This document shows positions 13,278-24,400 of a stretch of DNA of 64,000 nucleotides, one piece after another. The stretch is from an uncultured Candidatus Peribacteria bacterium (GTDB lineage: Bacteria > Patescibacteriota > Gracilibacteria > BD1-5 > UBA2023), in NCBI GenBank assembly GCA_964553745.1, contig CAZKLD010000007.1, positions 9,463-73,462 on the forward strand, given 5' to 3'. Position 1 is the stretch's first letter, and each line of letters opens with the position of its first letter. The notes below the pieces were generated by a model. It saw nothing but the letters and a program-made list of their open reading frames with translations. It made no database searches and was not told where the DNA came from. A program made the translations under genes and the position numbers.

Positions 13278-14274
13278 GCTTCCAAAAGGCAAATTGAAAT
13301 ATACTGCGATAATCATCATAATGCTGGCTGCTTGAGTCGGGTTTTTTTATGGCAGAAATGATTTATGAAGAATCACTTCTGACACTTATATGAAAAATCT
13401 CTCTTGGGAAACCTGAATGAAGAGAGATGTGCCGTATAAGAAATGAGATGATCTGGAATTCTTGTGAATATATAGGTGATGAGATTTCTTGGCACATATA
13501 GATATTCAAGATATCCTTAAATCCATGGATATATCTTCTATAAGCTGGAACTGAACCCGCATCAGCCAAGGCGACCTATGATCCATAATGATTTCATCAG
13601 ATACTCCCGGCATACTGAAGATTGAAGGGAAAGCAAAAAAATGAAATGATTGATGACGGCTGAAAGCAGATGCGCAAATTATCAGCAAAATCACAAAGCC
13701 TACACAAGAAAAAGAGAAAGACATGGTAAATCCAAAAATCGGAATCGCAAAAAATATAAGCCTGAAAGCTAGCAGCTTCCATTCTAATCTGAATAATCTT
13801 GTTGAAATCAATTGAGAAAACTTAAATTCCATATCTTTCGTCATGATTTGAGAGAAGGCATTCAAACCGATATATGACACTTGAAAGCTTTTTGTGAAAA
13901 TAGACAAGAATACTTTTCAGAATTGAGATTATTTTGTCTTGCTTCAATCTGCTGACTGAAAGATAATAGCAGCAAACTCAAGGATTCATTTTGATTATAG
14001 TTCATGAAAGATGAATATCTGAAATATAACCCCCAATGTTCTCGATAATAATTCTGAAAAATATGTTATAATCCAATGAAATTGATTCAATAAGCTTATC
14101 TCCCTGCAGCTTAGTAACAATATCATCTTGAAAAATACCCAATACCAAGCCATAAACGACAATGTATTAGCCGTTAAGATTCCAAAAGAAATAAATCCAG
14201 GAACATACCATTTCAATCTTATGGATGTAAGCTGAATATATGAAGACTCTACAAAAACATTAACTATCCGATAA
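13267..14274 (+). CDS. Membrane-anchored protein with C-terminal IPT/TIG-like Ig domain
   Basis: ATG 13267 overlaps the previous stop by 11 nt; TAA 14272-14274; frame verified line by line. N-terminal TM KYTAIIIIMLAAGVGFFY. C-terminus ITPNVLDNNSEKYVIIQGNGF..LAVKIPKEINPGTYHFNLMD. Confidence 0.7.
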
Positions 14275-14285
14275 CTTCTTAAAAG

Positions 14286-16511
14286 ATGAACAGGAAGAAA
14301 ATATTATCCATTGCTCTAGCAATAAGCGCAGCATTATATTCTCATGCTAATGCGAATATAGAGAATTTCAATATGAGGGTTTCTGACGGAACCTCATATG
14401 AAACATGAACAAGTTTCACCGATTCGCCACTATCGGTACAAGTCTGAAAACGCCTTGATTTTGAAACGATAATCCAGACCAATTCTTGAAGCTGAGCTTA
14501 TACGTATTCGGCTAATTTCTGAAACTGATTCCTGAAAGCTTGACCCTATTCATATAATATCGCCAGATGAAATGTCGCAACCTGCAGCCCGACATGAATA
14601 CAATCGTTAGATAGCCTTTTCAGCTTTGGAATGCCTGATGCTGATTGCATAATAGAAATCTACACGAAATATAATGCTGCGGCTCTCTGAAATCATAATA
14701 TACAGCTTCTAGCGACTTGACCGGGTACGACAACTCTTTTATCCACCCTATCCGTTAATGCTATCTGAGGTCCTGCGATAGTCAATGCATCGTCACTGAG
14801 CAAATTCAATAATTGAATAATCGACTCTGTTCTTATAACAACATCATCCTCTTCCAGTATCAATAGCTTCTCATGAATTTTAATCGACTGAAATCCGCCC
14901 ACTAGCATCACTGCAGTCTGAACAAGCGGTACAGCATGGGAATTATGATTTCCATGAGTCATATGAACAGATTATGTGCCTTCGCTTTCTTGAAATTTCT
15001 GACAGCAGACAATAGACTGATCTGTTTCTGCACAAGACAAGACTGCACCCTTTCCTTCTTTGTCGAATTCTGGATGAACTTTCACCTGATCACAGACCAT
15101 TTCCATATCCATGGACGAAGCCTGAAACATTTACTATGCATTGACCTGATCGTTTCTTCCGTATTCTTCTCCCTTAACGATAAATTCCAATACAACATTG
15201 AGTGTGAAGACAATCGATAGGCTATTCAATGAAGCGATAAAAAATTATTCATACAATTTTGTCTGTCCGAATCAAGCTCCTTCTAATGCGACTCTTTCGG
15301 CATATCCTGCCTGTGTAACGATATGCAACGTCTGATATCATCTGTCATGAGGTAGCTGTGCGGCTAATGTGGTAGCGCAACCGAGCTCATGAGGGGGTGG
15401 AGGCGGAGGTTGAGGCTGAATGACACTCGACAATTGTCCGCAGTGAGATTTTTCTCCGAATCAGTTCGATGGAATATGCTGAGCATCACCTACATCTTGA
15501 ACATGACAGACAGGTTCTATATGAAGCGGAAACACTGTGATTCCTCCATATGTATGAGAAGATTATTCTATAGCATATCAGGGCCTAAGCCCTATTTCTT
15601 CGATGAGCTGAAGCACTCTAGAAAAGACTTATTTCAGGAACTTAAGCGATGCGACTGCATATCTCAAAGGTAGGCTGAAAGATTCAAAAGTTCTGGCAAG
15701 TGTCGATGCAACTGAAAAAACAATCAGATTCGATTGAATATGATATTATCTGACTTATGATACAGACTTCGCAAGAGCTTACAATAAAATCATAAACCAA
15801 TACGTGCTTTATTTCATTCTAGCGGACGAATTTGCCACTAGCGGGCTTTCTCTCGAGAAAAAATCTGAGTTGCTAGGCTTAATCTGAGAAATGAAAAACT
15901 GAGCAGCGATTGTTGAAGTGGAATCTAAAATCATAAAAGCCTGGTTTACCGACATAGATTCAAGCTTTGCGAAGAATGATGCCATATATCTGGCTTTGAA
16001 GTGAATTGTTAAATGATATTCCGGAAATCTTTTTATGCCGGATAAAAGCATAACTCGTGCAGAGTATCTGTGAATAGTCATGAAATCTTTTTGAATTGCA
16101 GTAACCGACAACCTAACAGACACAAAATTCAGCGATATACCATCTTGATGAGAATGGATGATAAAATACATCGAAAAGGCAAAGGAGTATTGAATAAATT
16201 GACAAGTTATAAATTGAAAACCGGTATTCAGGCCGAATGATCCGATAACAAGAGCGGAAGCTATAGCAATCCTATTCAATATCTCAGGGATATCATCCGG
16301 TAATGCCACCGTCTCAGAATTCGCCGATTTACCGAAAGATTCATCATGGATGATAAAGTATACGGTAAAAGCCAAGGAACTTTGATTTGCAGGATGACAG
16401 GTAATCTCATGAGAACTGAGATTCAGACCGAATGATCCCATAACAAGAGCGGAGTCCTCAAGAATCCTGACAAAAGCGCTTACATACAAAAAATATTGAA
16501 TCCAGGAATAA
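14286..16511 (+). CDS. SLH-domain cell-surface (S-layer-associated) protein
   Basis: ATG 14286 to TAA 16509-16511 (741 aa). Signal peptide MNRKKILSIALAISAALYSHANA; Cys motif LDNCPQGDFSPNQFDGICG; 10-codon poly-Gly; C-terminal SLH repeats e.g. FSDIPSGGEWMIKYIEKAKEYGINGQVINGKPVFRPNDPITRAEAIAILF. Confidence 0.85.
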
Positions 16512-16535
16512 TCCTTAATACATATTCATTATCAA

Positions 16536-16572
16536 CAAAAAAGGAATCCCGCAAAGCGGGATTCCTTTTTTT
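16536..16572. terminator. Bidirectional terminator between the convergent SLH genes
   Basis: aaaaaaGGAATCCCGCaaaGCGGGATTCCttttttt; 10-bp stem with an A-run and a T-run. Confidence 0.85.
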
Positions 16573-16600
16573 CAATTCTTTCGTTAGTCAAAATTAAAGG

Positions 16601-19168
16601 TTAAAGTCAGCTTTCTGCAAGAGCATTCTTGATTATCCTTACAGCTTCGGCTCTTGTGATGGCGTCATTCGGTCTGAATATCGGATCTCAAGAAACTGAT
16701 ATCTGTCAGCTGATAATTCAAAGCTCTTGTGCTTTTGAAATATATTTTATTGCCCAGCTAGTTTCTGTCGGGATGTCTACAAAGTTTGTCGAAACACCTT
16801 CTGAAACAGATATTTTTGCTGCATTAAGCAGCATTGTTAGGGCTTCAGCCCTTGTGACAGGGTCGTTTGGCCTGAATTTCCTCTGTCAATCTATGATCTG
16901 CCCATATGCTATTCCGAGTTCTCATGCTTTTGCAATGTACGGAATCATCCAGGATCACTCTGAAGGGATGTCAACAAAGCTGACAGTTGCGTTAACATCT
17001 GTACTGATTCAAAGGGTTTTCATTGAAACTCATAAGAATTCTGCTCTAGTGATAGGATTATTAGGTCTGAATGTTCAATCAGGATATCATCTCAAAATTC
17101 ATCTTCTTGCGAAATCGAGTATGTCTTCGCGTGCAAATGAACTAGCTATATCACTGAAAGTAATCACTCAAGTTCAGGTTGTTCAGGTTCAGGTTGTTCA
17201 GGTTCAGGTTGGAATTGTTCCTGGTCCAGGAGTTGCAGGAACTCATGGCGCACATAATTTGTCGTAATAGCTAGAAGATGTATCTCAGCCTGGACAATAG
17301 TCTGGAAATAGCAAGCTACCTCATCATCAGCCTCAACCACCGCCTCAGCCGCCTCATGAAGGAGGTGCTTTTGTGGTTACGCTAAAAGTCGTACTAGCTC
17401 ATCATATCGTCAAAGTTGTGGAAGCGGTAGTTGAAAATGCATTCGGAGAAGTCAGTCTCACAGTTACAACATCTCAATTTGAAACTGTTCAGGTAGCAGA
17501 TGTGAAAGCTCAAGTTCAAATCTGATATTGTCATCATCATCAAGATATGCTTATTACTGATCAGGAGCTGACTCAGGAAACAGTAACCGATGCAGTGTAT
17601 ACTGTGTTTAATTCAGCATTCGTAACGTTTGTGAAACTGAAAGGAAGGGCCACAGTTGCGACTGCAAAAAGTGAAAGATGATCGGTCCTGAAAGAGCAAA
17701 TCAGATTAGAATTCAGAGTACAGCTTCCGTCGGGAGTTACTCTAGTCCAAATTACTCAGTCTGTAGATCTGTACAAGGCGACTGATGTTCAAGACGAAGA
17801 ACCTGGGACGGCGAATGAAACATTGAAGAATCATCAGGACGACACGAGTGAAGCTCATTCAGCTCAGGCCCTTACGGTCTGTAAGACACTGATTCAGGTT
17901 CAGATCGCACTTCAGATAGCTGCAAGATTAGCTCAGCTTTCAACAAGAGTAGGAGGAATCAATACTCAATTCCAAGCGGTAGATCAGCTCACTACAATAT
18001 TTACTCAGGAAATAGAGAGAGTACCGCTTATGAAACCGGAATCATTAGGATCCGATAGGATATTCAAACTCACTCCGCTAAGATTAAGAGCCGATCATAC
18101 TGGCACAGTATTTCATGTCAGAACTATTGCTCATGTGTTTGTTATAGCTCATGAGAGAGTTACAGGAGCTCATAGAGTCGTAAAAGATCATGTGCTTTCT
18201 GCGGGATTTCAGAAATTATCAGTCAGGTGAATCAGATAATTGTAATTAGTAGATCAAGTTAGAGCGCTGAATATTGAGGTTCAGCTTCATGAAGATCCGG
18301 AAGAAGAAAGCGTAGTATTTCATGTTCAGGCAAAATTTGCTATGTTTCAGCCTGTATATGCTATCACATATCAGCTTCAATTAGAGAAATTAGGTTCTGT
18401 AAAATTAAATCTTATTACAGCTCAAGATTGGGTTATGCTAGTGACAGATTTTCAGAATATTACTGGGGGAACGCTTTCGGGTCAGAATGACAGCAAATTT
18501 GATGCGATATTCTGGTTTCATGCAACATCAGTGAATGCTCATGATCAAACCGATACCGAGAATCAAGAGCTGGAAGAAGGAGTCACATCAAAAGAATATA
18601 GGCTTCAGGTTCAAGAGAAATTACTCACAGTTCATCCGCTCACAGTAAGGGAACCTGAATTGAAAGATGTACTAGGCTCGCTAAGAGTTCATGTTACTGA
18701 AATTACTGTGCCCGTGGAAACCAGGCTTCAAGTTGATGATGCCGATGAAAGCGTAATAGTCGGTGCAATAGTATCTTTCACCGCAACTGCAGCGATTCAT
18801 GATGCCACAACTGCTTGTCAGGAATTAACTACCGATCAGCTGAAATTGATGTTTCATTCCAAGAATGAAGAAAGATTCACTCAACTGAATGAAATTCAAG
18901 AGCCTCATGCATTTGATCAGCTTAAGGCAATTGCTGATCCTGATGAATCAAGAATATCGACATTGACCGAATCTCATGCATCTAGAGTTCAGCTGAATAT
19001 AAGATTGAATCCATAACTTCAAGAATTTGTACTGTTTACAAAACCTGCGTTTATGGAATTTCATGCGCTATCAACCACAGCAAATACTTGCCATGGACTG
19101 AAATTAAATGCAAGGAGCGTCAGAATGCCTAGGACGCTAGTTGCCTTTTTTAGAAATATGCTCTCCAT
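16601..19168 (-). CDS. SLH-domain cell-surface (S-layer-like) protein with Ig-like domains
   Basis: ATG (cat 19166-19168) to TAA (tta 16601-16603), 855 aa. Signal peptide MESIFLKKATSVLGILTLLAFNFSPWQVFA; DTIAPTITLSS Ig-like modules; PDYCPGGDTSSSYYDKLC; 13-codon poly-Gly; TG-repeat linker; three SLH copies e.g. FSDIASSFAREDILDFARRGILRGYPDGTFRPNNPITRAEF. Confidence 0.85.
17172..17210 (-). repeat. 15-bp microsatellite-like repeat encoding a (TG/TTG)n linker
   Basis: Plus strand gttcaggttgttcaggttcaggttgttcaggttcaggtt. On the coding strand this reads ACC TGA ACC TGA ACA .. = TGTGTTGTGTTGTG, with every Gly encoded by TGA. Confidence 0.8.
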
Positions 19169-19504
19169 AATTTTTATATTATTAGAAATTAAAAATTGAC
19201 TATATTATAGCTAAAATACCAAGCTTTGCAATTATACAGAGCCATTTCTGCAGTGATATTTCTATGGTTTTTAAGTGTGTTTTCGATGAAGAAATCAATC
19301 TCAAAAATAACCGCTATTTTTGAAGTCGGAAGAAGTTGATTAATAGGTACGAGATCGATTAATTCATAATCGCATCTTGCATTTGACCTTGAAAATGATG
19401 ATTCTTGCTTCAGCAAAACTTTTTTTGAAAATAAATTTGATTTATAATATTTTTTGCATATATTTTCTCCACTTAAAACCAAAAGTTATTATTAATCAAG
19501 AAAT

Positions 19505-19855
19505 ATGAATACTGAATTGATAAATGAAATTCAAAAGGAATTTTTGAAAGCTGATGCTCCTGTAATTAGGACAGGTATGGAAGTTGAAGTCGAGACAATC
19601 ATCAAAGAATGATCAAAAGAGAGAACTCAGAAATTCAAGGGTCTTGTAATAAAGACTGCAGGTAAGACTCCTTTGGAAAAATGTATCACAGTTAGAAAGA
19701 CGACTGATGGTTTTGCAATCGAAAAAATCTTCCCTATCCACTCACCTGGTGTCGGTAAGATAACTATCCTAAGACAATTCAAGGTAAGAAGATCAAATAT
19801 TGCATTCATCAAGAAATTAAGCGGAAAGGCTGCAAGGCTTAAAGAGGTAAAATAA
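19505..19855 (+). CDS. rplS: 50S ribosomal protein L19
   Basis: MNTELINEIQKEFLKADAPVIRTGMEVEVETIIKEGSKERTQKFKGLVI..HSPGVGKITILRQFKVRRSNIAF..GKAARLKEVK. In-frame TGA 19610-19612 falls on the conserved Gly of the L19 EG-S-K-(K/E)-R motif. TAA 19853-19855. Confidence 0.95.
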
Positions 19856-19874
19856 TTAGCATATTTTAAGAATC

Positions 19875-19908
19875 ATCTCCCCAAAGAAATTTGAGGAGAT
19901 TTTTTTTT
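19875..19908 (+). terminator. Rho-independent terminator after rplS
   Basis: ATCTCCccaaagaaatttgaGGAGATttttttttt. Confidence 0.7.
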
Positions 19909-19967
19909 GACAATAAAATATGATATGTTAATCTTTTCGCATATTTTAAAATTAACACCAAATAAGC

Positions 19968-20489
19968 ATGTTGACACCAAAAAACAAAAAAGCATTTACG
20001 CTTGTTGAACTAATAGTGGTTATAGTGATACTATCAATTTTAGCAACAATTTGATTTCTATCATTCTCTTCTCAATCTTCCACCGCAAGAGATTCAACAA
20101 GAATGGCAGATATGAGCAATATAATCAAATGACTGTGAGTATTCTCTACGATATGATGAACTTATCCTATGCCAGAAAAATCAGTCAATATAATGTCTTG
20201 AGCGATACAGATATGATATCAATGAGAAGTCTGAGCAAAAACTCTCAGCATCATAAAATTTTCAGCTAATGCATGAAAAGATCCTCAAAACTGAACTTAC
20301 TACACTTACAATACAAATAATTCCAGGTCAAAAATGCAGATTTTATGATTTCTGGAGAATCAACCTTCATTATCGTACAATCCAATGGGAACTTTGAGCC
20401 AATCTTTTGCAACAGATTATACGGCAAGATTTCCTTATGAAAAATGAGATAGTCTATGAGTCATTGATTCAGACGTGAGCTGCATCTAG
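19968..20489 (+). CDS. Type IV pilin-like protein (prepilin-type N-terminal domain)
   Basis: MLTPKNKKAFTLVELIVVIVILSILATIGFLSFSS..ARDSTRMADM: class III signal with Glu at +5 and a hydrophobic helix. TAG 20487-20489 verified against track ORF 20469 (-). Confidence 0.85.
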
Positions 20490-21342
20490 CCCCACATTCA
20501 CTCCTTTGCAAGATACTATTCCTGCCTGATCGGGTTTTGATATCACTACTGTTGCACAGACAGCCTGAAAAGTAGCAGTAATCGATAATTCATATACATC
20601 ACTGCCAGGAGCAGGCAGCATAATATTCAATTGATACACCTGAACAGGCAATACAATAATCGGTTGAGGAAATGTTTCAATAATCGATTCGTACACAAAG
20701 CTGCTTATGCATTGAGATAATCTGGCAAATCCATGAACCTTCATTGATTCTGCTGGCAAGACAATAATCAAAAGCTGAAATGCAACTCAGACTTGAGCAC
20801 AATCCAGATTCTGAAGCAGTTCTATATATTTAGATTGAACATCCAGCACAATGTTGAGTTTGGCAGATAATGATGATTGGGATTTCTGAACTTGAGATTT
20901 TACTATTGATTTTTGGGTAAAAACTACGCAGGCATGACAAGCTGTTTTGATATACCAATGAGATAAAGATTGAATAAGCACTACAGTATCAAATATCTTA
21001 ATGATAAACACAACTTGAAAAATAACTTATTCTCCCAATTATACGCAATATCCAAGTCACAACAACATAATCTCCACTCAGTCGATAAATGATGGTTTCT
21101 GGCATCATATAGCAATCGTGAGGAATGGAAATTATTTCAGGATGTATATTGATTGAACGGAAACCTGAACTGCATTGAATATGTCGTGGACGATTCCAAA
21201 CAAAACAGATCAGTTAAGCATAGGCTCAATGCCTTGAAATAATTACTATAATAGATTAACAGGTTATCTGGACGAAATACGTATTTCAAAATGAATCGCC
21301 AGATGGTCATGAAACTTTGCAGTTCCTTCATCACCTTATTAG
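20437..21342 (+). CDS. LamG/concanavalin-A-like lectin domain protein (start uncertain; overlaps the pilin gene in the +1 frame)
   Basis: Frame verified line by line to TAG 21340-21342. ..FGSSSIYLDGTSSTMLSLADNDDWDFGTGDFTIDFWVKTTQAGQAVLIYQ..DGFWHHIAIVRNGNYFRMYIDG. First ATG 20437 overlaps the pilin by 53 nt; TTG 20506 is an alternative. No signal peptide. Confidence 0.7.
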
Positions 21343-21352
21343 AAAACTTCAT

Positions 21353-21386
21353 AAAAATCCCCTCAAAGTATTTGAGGGGATTTTTA
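21353..21386 (+). terminator. Rho-independent terminator after the LamG ORF
   Basis: aaAATCCCCTCAAAgtaTTTGAGGGGATTttt. Confidence 0.85.
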
Positions 21387-21467
21387 CTAGTGCATTTATG
21401 AAAAATCACTATTGCAAATGCCTTAAATTAGATATAATAGTGGCATTTAAAAATTAATTCTATCTTC

Positions 21468-24400
21468 ATGCAAAATCTCAAACAAATTTTAAGCGATATT
21501 AAATCCATAGCCCTTGGTGCCGCTCCAGTCATAAAAGAAAGACTGAAGGACAAAAGGGTTTTTTTGCCCCTTATCTTAATCATTATCGCTATTGTCTACT
21601 TCTGATGAAGGGGCACTTATCAGTTTGTAGCAAAAAGACTCGCGCGTCCGACCGTAAGCTGAGCTAATTTTTCTCTTGAATACAGAAAAGTGCCCTTTGA
21701 CACTAAGAGCCTGGACATAAGTTTCTCTACTGATCTCAAAAAAGAATCCATATCTCCGAAAAGCATCACCCTCAGTCCATTTGTCGAGTGAAAGGCTATT
21801 CTCAAATCAAAAAATTCGATATCATATGAACTCAGCAAAAATCTGGAAATAGGACAAGAGTACGCGCTTACAGTGAGCAAAGATATCGAGTCATCATATT
21901 GAAGGAAGTTTTGAGAGGATTATACGATTATCTTTGAAGCCATTTCTTGAGCGAAAGTGACAAAAATCCTTCCTGAAAATTCCTTAAACGACATCTCAAA
22001 AAATGCAGTCATATTCTTCAATATACCGATGATTCCGCTAACAAGCCTTGATAATAAAGAAAAACTGCCTTGTCCTGTGGATATCTCTCCGAAAATAGAC
22101 TGAAAATGCAAATGGACATGATGAAATATAATAGAATTTGTCCCGAAAGATGCATGGCAATGAGCAACGCAGTATAAGCTCACTGTAAATGCGACAGATT
22201 GACTCCTTTACCCTCTGAAAGAGAAAAAAGAGATAACATTCAAAACTCCAGATCTGACTATGTCGACAGATAATATGTTCTCTCCGAAAAATTGAATATC
22301 ATTCCGATCAAACTTCCCTATCGACTCCTCATCCGTAGAAAAAAATATTGACCTGAGAGATGGAAATACGAAGATTCCAGTAAAGCTTATAGCAGAAGAA
22401 TCAAGTGAAACCAGATACAAGCTACAGCCTGTGAGCTGAAATTTCTTATACTGAAAGAATTACACTCTCTCTGTCCCAGCATGAATTTCTCCGAAATATT
22501 GAAATCTGCCGACAAAGTCTCCTGTCTTAAGTTCGATTCAGAGCTCGGCTTTTCTGAAAAATATCGATATATACATGAATGAGCTATCAGATACTTGAGT
22601 TATAATCGATACGCCTAAATTCTATGACAAAAACAAGGTCGCAAATAAGAATCTGTTTTTCATGCTCGAATTCGATGATGAAGTGACGCTTGATAAAAGC
22701 CAATTCAATATAACGAATTCAAAATGAAACACTTTTGCGTTCGACATCAAGTATGGATCCGAGACTGATTGGTCAACATGAACAGAAGTCAAGAAAGAGA
22801 GCAAGAAACTGCTTGTCCTAACACTTAAGGATACGCTTCTGCACAACACGAAATATTCTCTCACCATCCTTAAAAAAGCAAATCCGAATCTTCCGAAAGA
22901 TGAAGTTACCGATTTCAGCACAGTTCCAGAATTCAAACTCACTTCTTTCGAATATCAGAACAATACTCTCGCTTGCGTGTATTTTACCAATGATCTCTTA
23001 TGACAATCCGAAAGCCAGGATAGCTCTTATTATGATTACCTGAGCTGACTGAAGAAGGATATCAACCTTACAGCAGTAACAACTTCTCCTGCATCCATAA
23101 TCAGAGGATTCTCGAGGGATAGAGCAGACCCGACAACAAACAAATTCACTTGTCCGGTTAAAGAATGACAAAGGGCATACTGGCTTAATATAAGGCTAGA
23201 TCCGAATAAAGACTATGAAGTCAAGATCCCTAAGGCAGTCAGAGATGCATATTGAGATAATCTGGACAAGGATTATTCGTTTAAGGTTAAATCATGAAAC
23301 CTTAAAGAAGAGGATAAGTATCTTTATTCATCATTCATCAAGCCATATAATACTTTCCCGAAAGATGCTCCGAATGTAATAAATATACAGAGCATCAATA
23401 TGGATAAGGCAGATGTGGAGATATGCGAGATGAACGATTCATGATATGCAGATTATACGAATAGGAGGTATGAACAGAACTTCACACCTATCTGTACGAA
23501 GAAAACAGTTAAAACCGTGAACCTGATGAATAAGAATTGGTATCTGTCCAACAATAAATTCGATATCGAGAAAAATATATTCTGAGGTCCGATAGCTTCT
23601 CCGATCTATCTTATAAGCTCAAAGGTTCCCACTTACTCAGAAACTACAGAATCGAGATGATTTGAGCATCTTATAATGAGGACGAATCTTTCTATAGTGT
23701 ATGAAGATGCGGCGAACAAACAGTTGCTATTCGTATCGACTCTTGACTGAAAAGAAATCCCCAGCAATCTCAATGTTGCAGCATACAAGTATGACAATGC
23801 CACTAAAAAGGTCACCGAAGATAAATGAATCAAGATAAAATGGAATAATGCCAAGAAAGCATTTGAGATCAATTGATGAAAATATACCGTCATCACTCTC
23901 AAGAACGACAAGTACTATGGTTCTGTGAACACATCCATAGATCAGACATCGAACTATGATTTCAAATACATCTCAGGTCAAGATTCCAGCTTAAAGGATC
24001 TCTTGTATGTCTATACCGAGAGGCCTCTCTATAAGCCTGGAGATACAGTATTCTACAAGTGAATCCTGAGGTCATTCAACTTTGAATGATATAAGAGATC
24101 TGACATCAGGAAATGAAAGATGAAGATTGTGGACGAAAACTATGTCTTCTTCAAGGATTTCGATATCACTATAGATAAGAATTCGAATTTTTCTTGAAAA
24201 TTCGAGCTTCCCAAAGATATGAAACTCTGAAAATACATGATATCATTCTTGCCCGAGTGAAGGCAGGACGAGATAACCGCCGGAGAATGAATATTCTATG
24301 TGGAAGAATACAAGAAGCCAGTTTTCAAGGTGAATATCAATTGAGACAAGAAGGATGTGGTGCTTTGAGATTCCTTGAATCTCAAATTCAATTGAGAGTA

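Noticed and set aside
20269-20436. Longer start (ATG 20269) for the LamG ORF
   Set aside because: That segment is the pilin gene read out of frame (MHEKILKTELTTLTIQIIPGQKCRFYDFWRINL..) and is not protein-like.
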